From IMG/VR virus record IMGVR_UViG_3300009702_000014, positions 62,445 through 126,444 of that record: a stretch of 64,000 nucleotides of DNA; one strand, written 5' to 3'. Below, in pieces: positions 63,801 to 64,000 of the stretch. Each line of letters begins with the position of its first letter. The first letter of the stretch is position 1. The notes beneath the pieces were generated by a model. The model saw nothing but the letters and a program-made list of their open reading frames with translations, made no database searches and was not told the origin of the DNA. Both the position numbers and the translations under genes were made by a program. The DNA is from a virus (taxonomy: Duplodnaviria > Heunggongvirae > Uroviricota > Caudoviricetes).

Positions 63801-64000
63801 TCCATCTGTGGTCAGGAGTTACCTCCACAGAAAGGCCATACGTGCCCCTGAATGGACGATAAGCAGTACTACCCTTCTGTCCCTTTAGATGAGAAATATC
63901 TAGTTCTTGGGCGGGTCTAAAAACCACAGATTGTAGCTGTTGAACACCAAAAGGTCGGATAGTAGCTGATTGCCAACCCTCTTCTGTCAAAACTGTTACT
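60829..64000 (-). CDS. nrdJ: class II (B12-dependent-type) ribonucleotide reductase, 5'-partial, intein-containing, with C-terminal zinc ribbon
   Basis: active-site NATNPCGEIGG; C-terminal CSVCGG...CTLCRDCG; the N-terminal 284 aa in the window belong to an intein; the ORF continues beyond the window edge. Confidence 0.7.
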   Translation of the reverse strand, partial: VTVLTEEGWQSATIRPFGVQQLQSVVFRPAQELDISHLKGQKGSTAYRPFRGTYGLSVEVTPDHRWILSDGTETTALRVGDVVPAQVAEVDTTSENYRYGFQHGFVFGGGWRAYSYANGDYKFEVRFFGQKDLQYSSMFDNVKGVDWGGVDAITYVRSPINFKELPTDTDPNYISGFIKGWLAADGSILSDERVELSSTNLKGLRWLQENAPFAGYIATGYRTDYHSEETNLGKRSSLLKRLILYNARNLKFKVVSITPLLREEEVYCAVVPKTATFTLSGGIFSGNCFINGPVKNATISYQRPVPNTDKTIDVTYHTDDTGDNLKNIMLTLLEQAETLKSEGGYGINFGFIRPRGSVIKSIGITHPGVIHYMDIWDKVATVIVMGNNDGYQDTIKNYLDEMGKDASIKMKKQARKGAQMAVLPIWHPDIEEYVRAKQEPGRLTKFNMSVIVDNKFMEAVEADDFYDLHFDGKVYKRIKARELYDLIMKSTYNRAEPGILFYDSMQRNNPLAYLGPLNATNPCGEIGGNPLTSTVCLLGSINLTQYVLDDRSFDWDQLKKDIPIFARALDNVNDLTNNALPQYNWATENVRQYGMGINGLGSALYMMGIAYNSKDAHEFTERVTALKEELTWRTSAELAAEKGPFPAYNENFLTTQWFTEFTKISEETKDLIRKNGVRNGKTTTNPPLGNSSVICDIVSNGIEPVFMTEYQRTYIADTWPKGLTKENIKDILKETKQGDSVAWAGEYNGTNWLYEPHNRGLCITETVRDYGVQWVMDNYPEDYEVQEGLFSLPVEYYMVTTNDLNVMDHINIQEIVQSNMNQSTSKTLNVPNNYDYEEFKNLYMEAWKRGLNGFTTYRAGSMEAVLSQVEESKETKQPDVIKKDLKLPDVFINGDMHIIKREGQKFYMNFSYLPEDSERIFPIALWIQTNNTGDIREANGAVKVLVDLLERFEIDPDLIEVQKEKTKGNGGYMRVAKFVSMCLRHNIPLTNIVAALDRVPEVYVTDLIFAIKKFLSSHIKNGTEIKGVTCSVCGGENVIFESGCTLCRDCGASNCG
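63139..64000 (-). mobile_element. C-terminal portion of an intein in the RNR gene, including a LAGLIDADG endonuclease motif
   Basis: Hint-like VEVTPDHRWILSDGTETTALRVGDVV; DOD motif GFIKGWLAADGSI; C-terminal junction VYCAVVPKTATFTLSGGIFSGN|CF. Confidence 0.55.

Noticed and set aside
61045-63888. Plus-strand ORFs inside the RNR gene (61045..61401, 62824..63027, 63104..63328, 63610..63888)
   Set aside because: Antisense to a strongly supported minus-strand gene; short, no RBS.
1-64000. CRISPR arrays or other short interspersed direct-repeat arrays
   Set aside because: No regularly spaced short repeats were seen. The only recurrent short element is the 15-nt promoter-like motif, which is irregularly spaced and gene-associated.

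Overview
This window reads as part of a large virulent dsDNA phage genome, mostly transcribed on the minus strand. It contains:

- **tRNA array (605-4488, all minus strand):** about 15 tRNA or tRNA-like genes. Hand-folded anticodon assignments are Tyr, Ala x2, Glu, Ser x3, Lys x2, Asn, Asp and Gly, plus three atypical elements. Two HNH endonuclease genes and a small membrane-protein gene sit inside the array.
- **Minus-strand gene block (4.6-27.9 kb):** rIIA/rIIB-like, Nudix, SNF2 helicase, DUF262, a collagen-like secreted protein, a frameshifted SpoT/MESH1-like HD hydrolase, ATP-dependent DNA ligase and a calcineurin-like phosphoesterase. It also holds an RtcB RNA ligase split by a ~1.07 kb intervening sequence that carries an antisense LAGLIDADG endonuclease gene.
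- **Plus-strand block (27.9-40.7 kb):**
  - a Cys-phosphatase;
  - a Ro60/TROVE-vWA orthologue preceded by a promoter/terminator-delimited ~330 nt non-coding transcript (a Y-RNA candidate);
  - an SPFH protein;
  - a DEDDh exonuclease, a NADAR fusion and a macro domain, all ADP-ribose/NAD-related;
  - PhoH.
- **Second minus-strand block (40.9-64.0 kb):** an HD protein, a terminase large subunit carrying two inteins, a GuaC/IMPDH-family enzyme, an MscS-like channel, a clamp-loader ATPase, repeat-rich fibre-like structural proteins, DHH-DHHA1, vWA, Hsp20, an Rv2179c-like exonuclease, a papain-like peptidase, and a class II ribonucleotide reductase whose intein runs off the window edge.
- **Recurrent motif:** a conserved ~15-nt minus-strand motif (CTAATcYTTCTCATA, with a CTCACCC-insert variant) recurs at least 14 times immediately upstream of genes and tRNA sub-clusters; it is a candidate phage promoter.

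All calls come from motif reading of the ORF translations and manual folding. Nothing was searched against a database.
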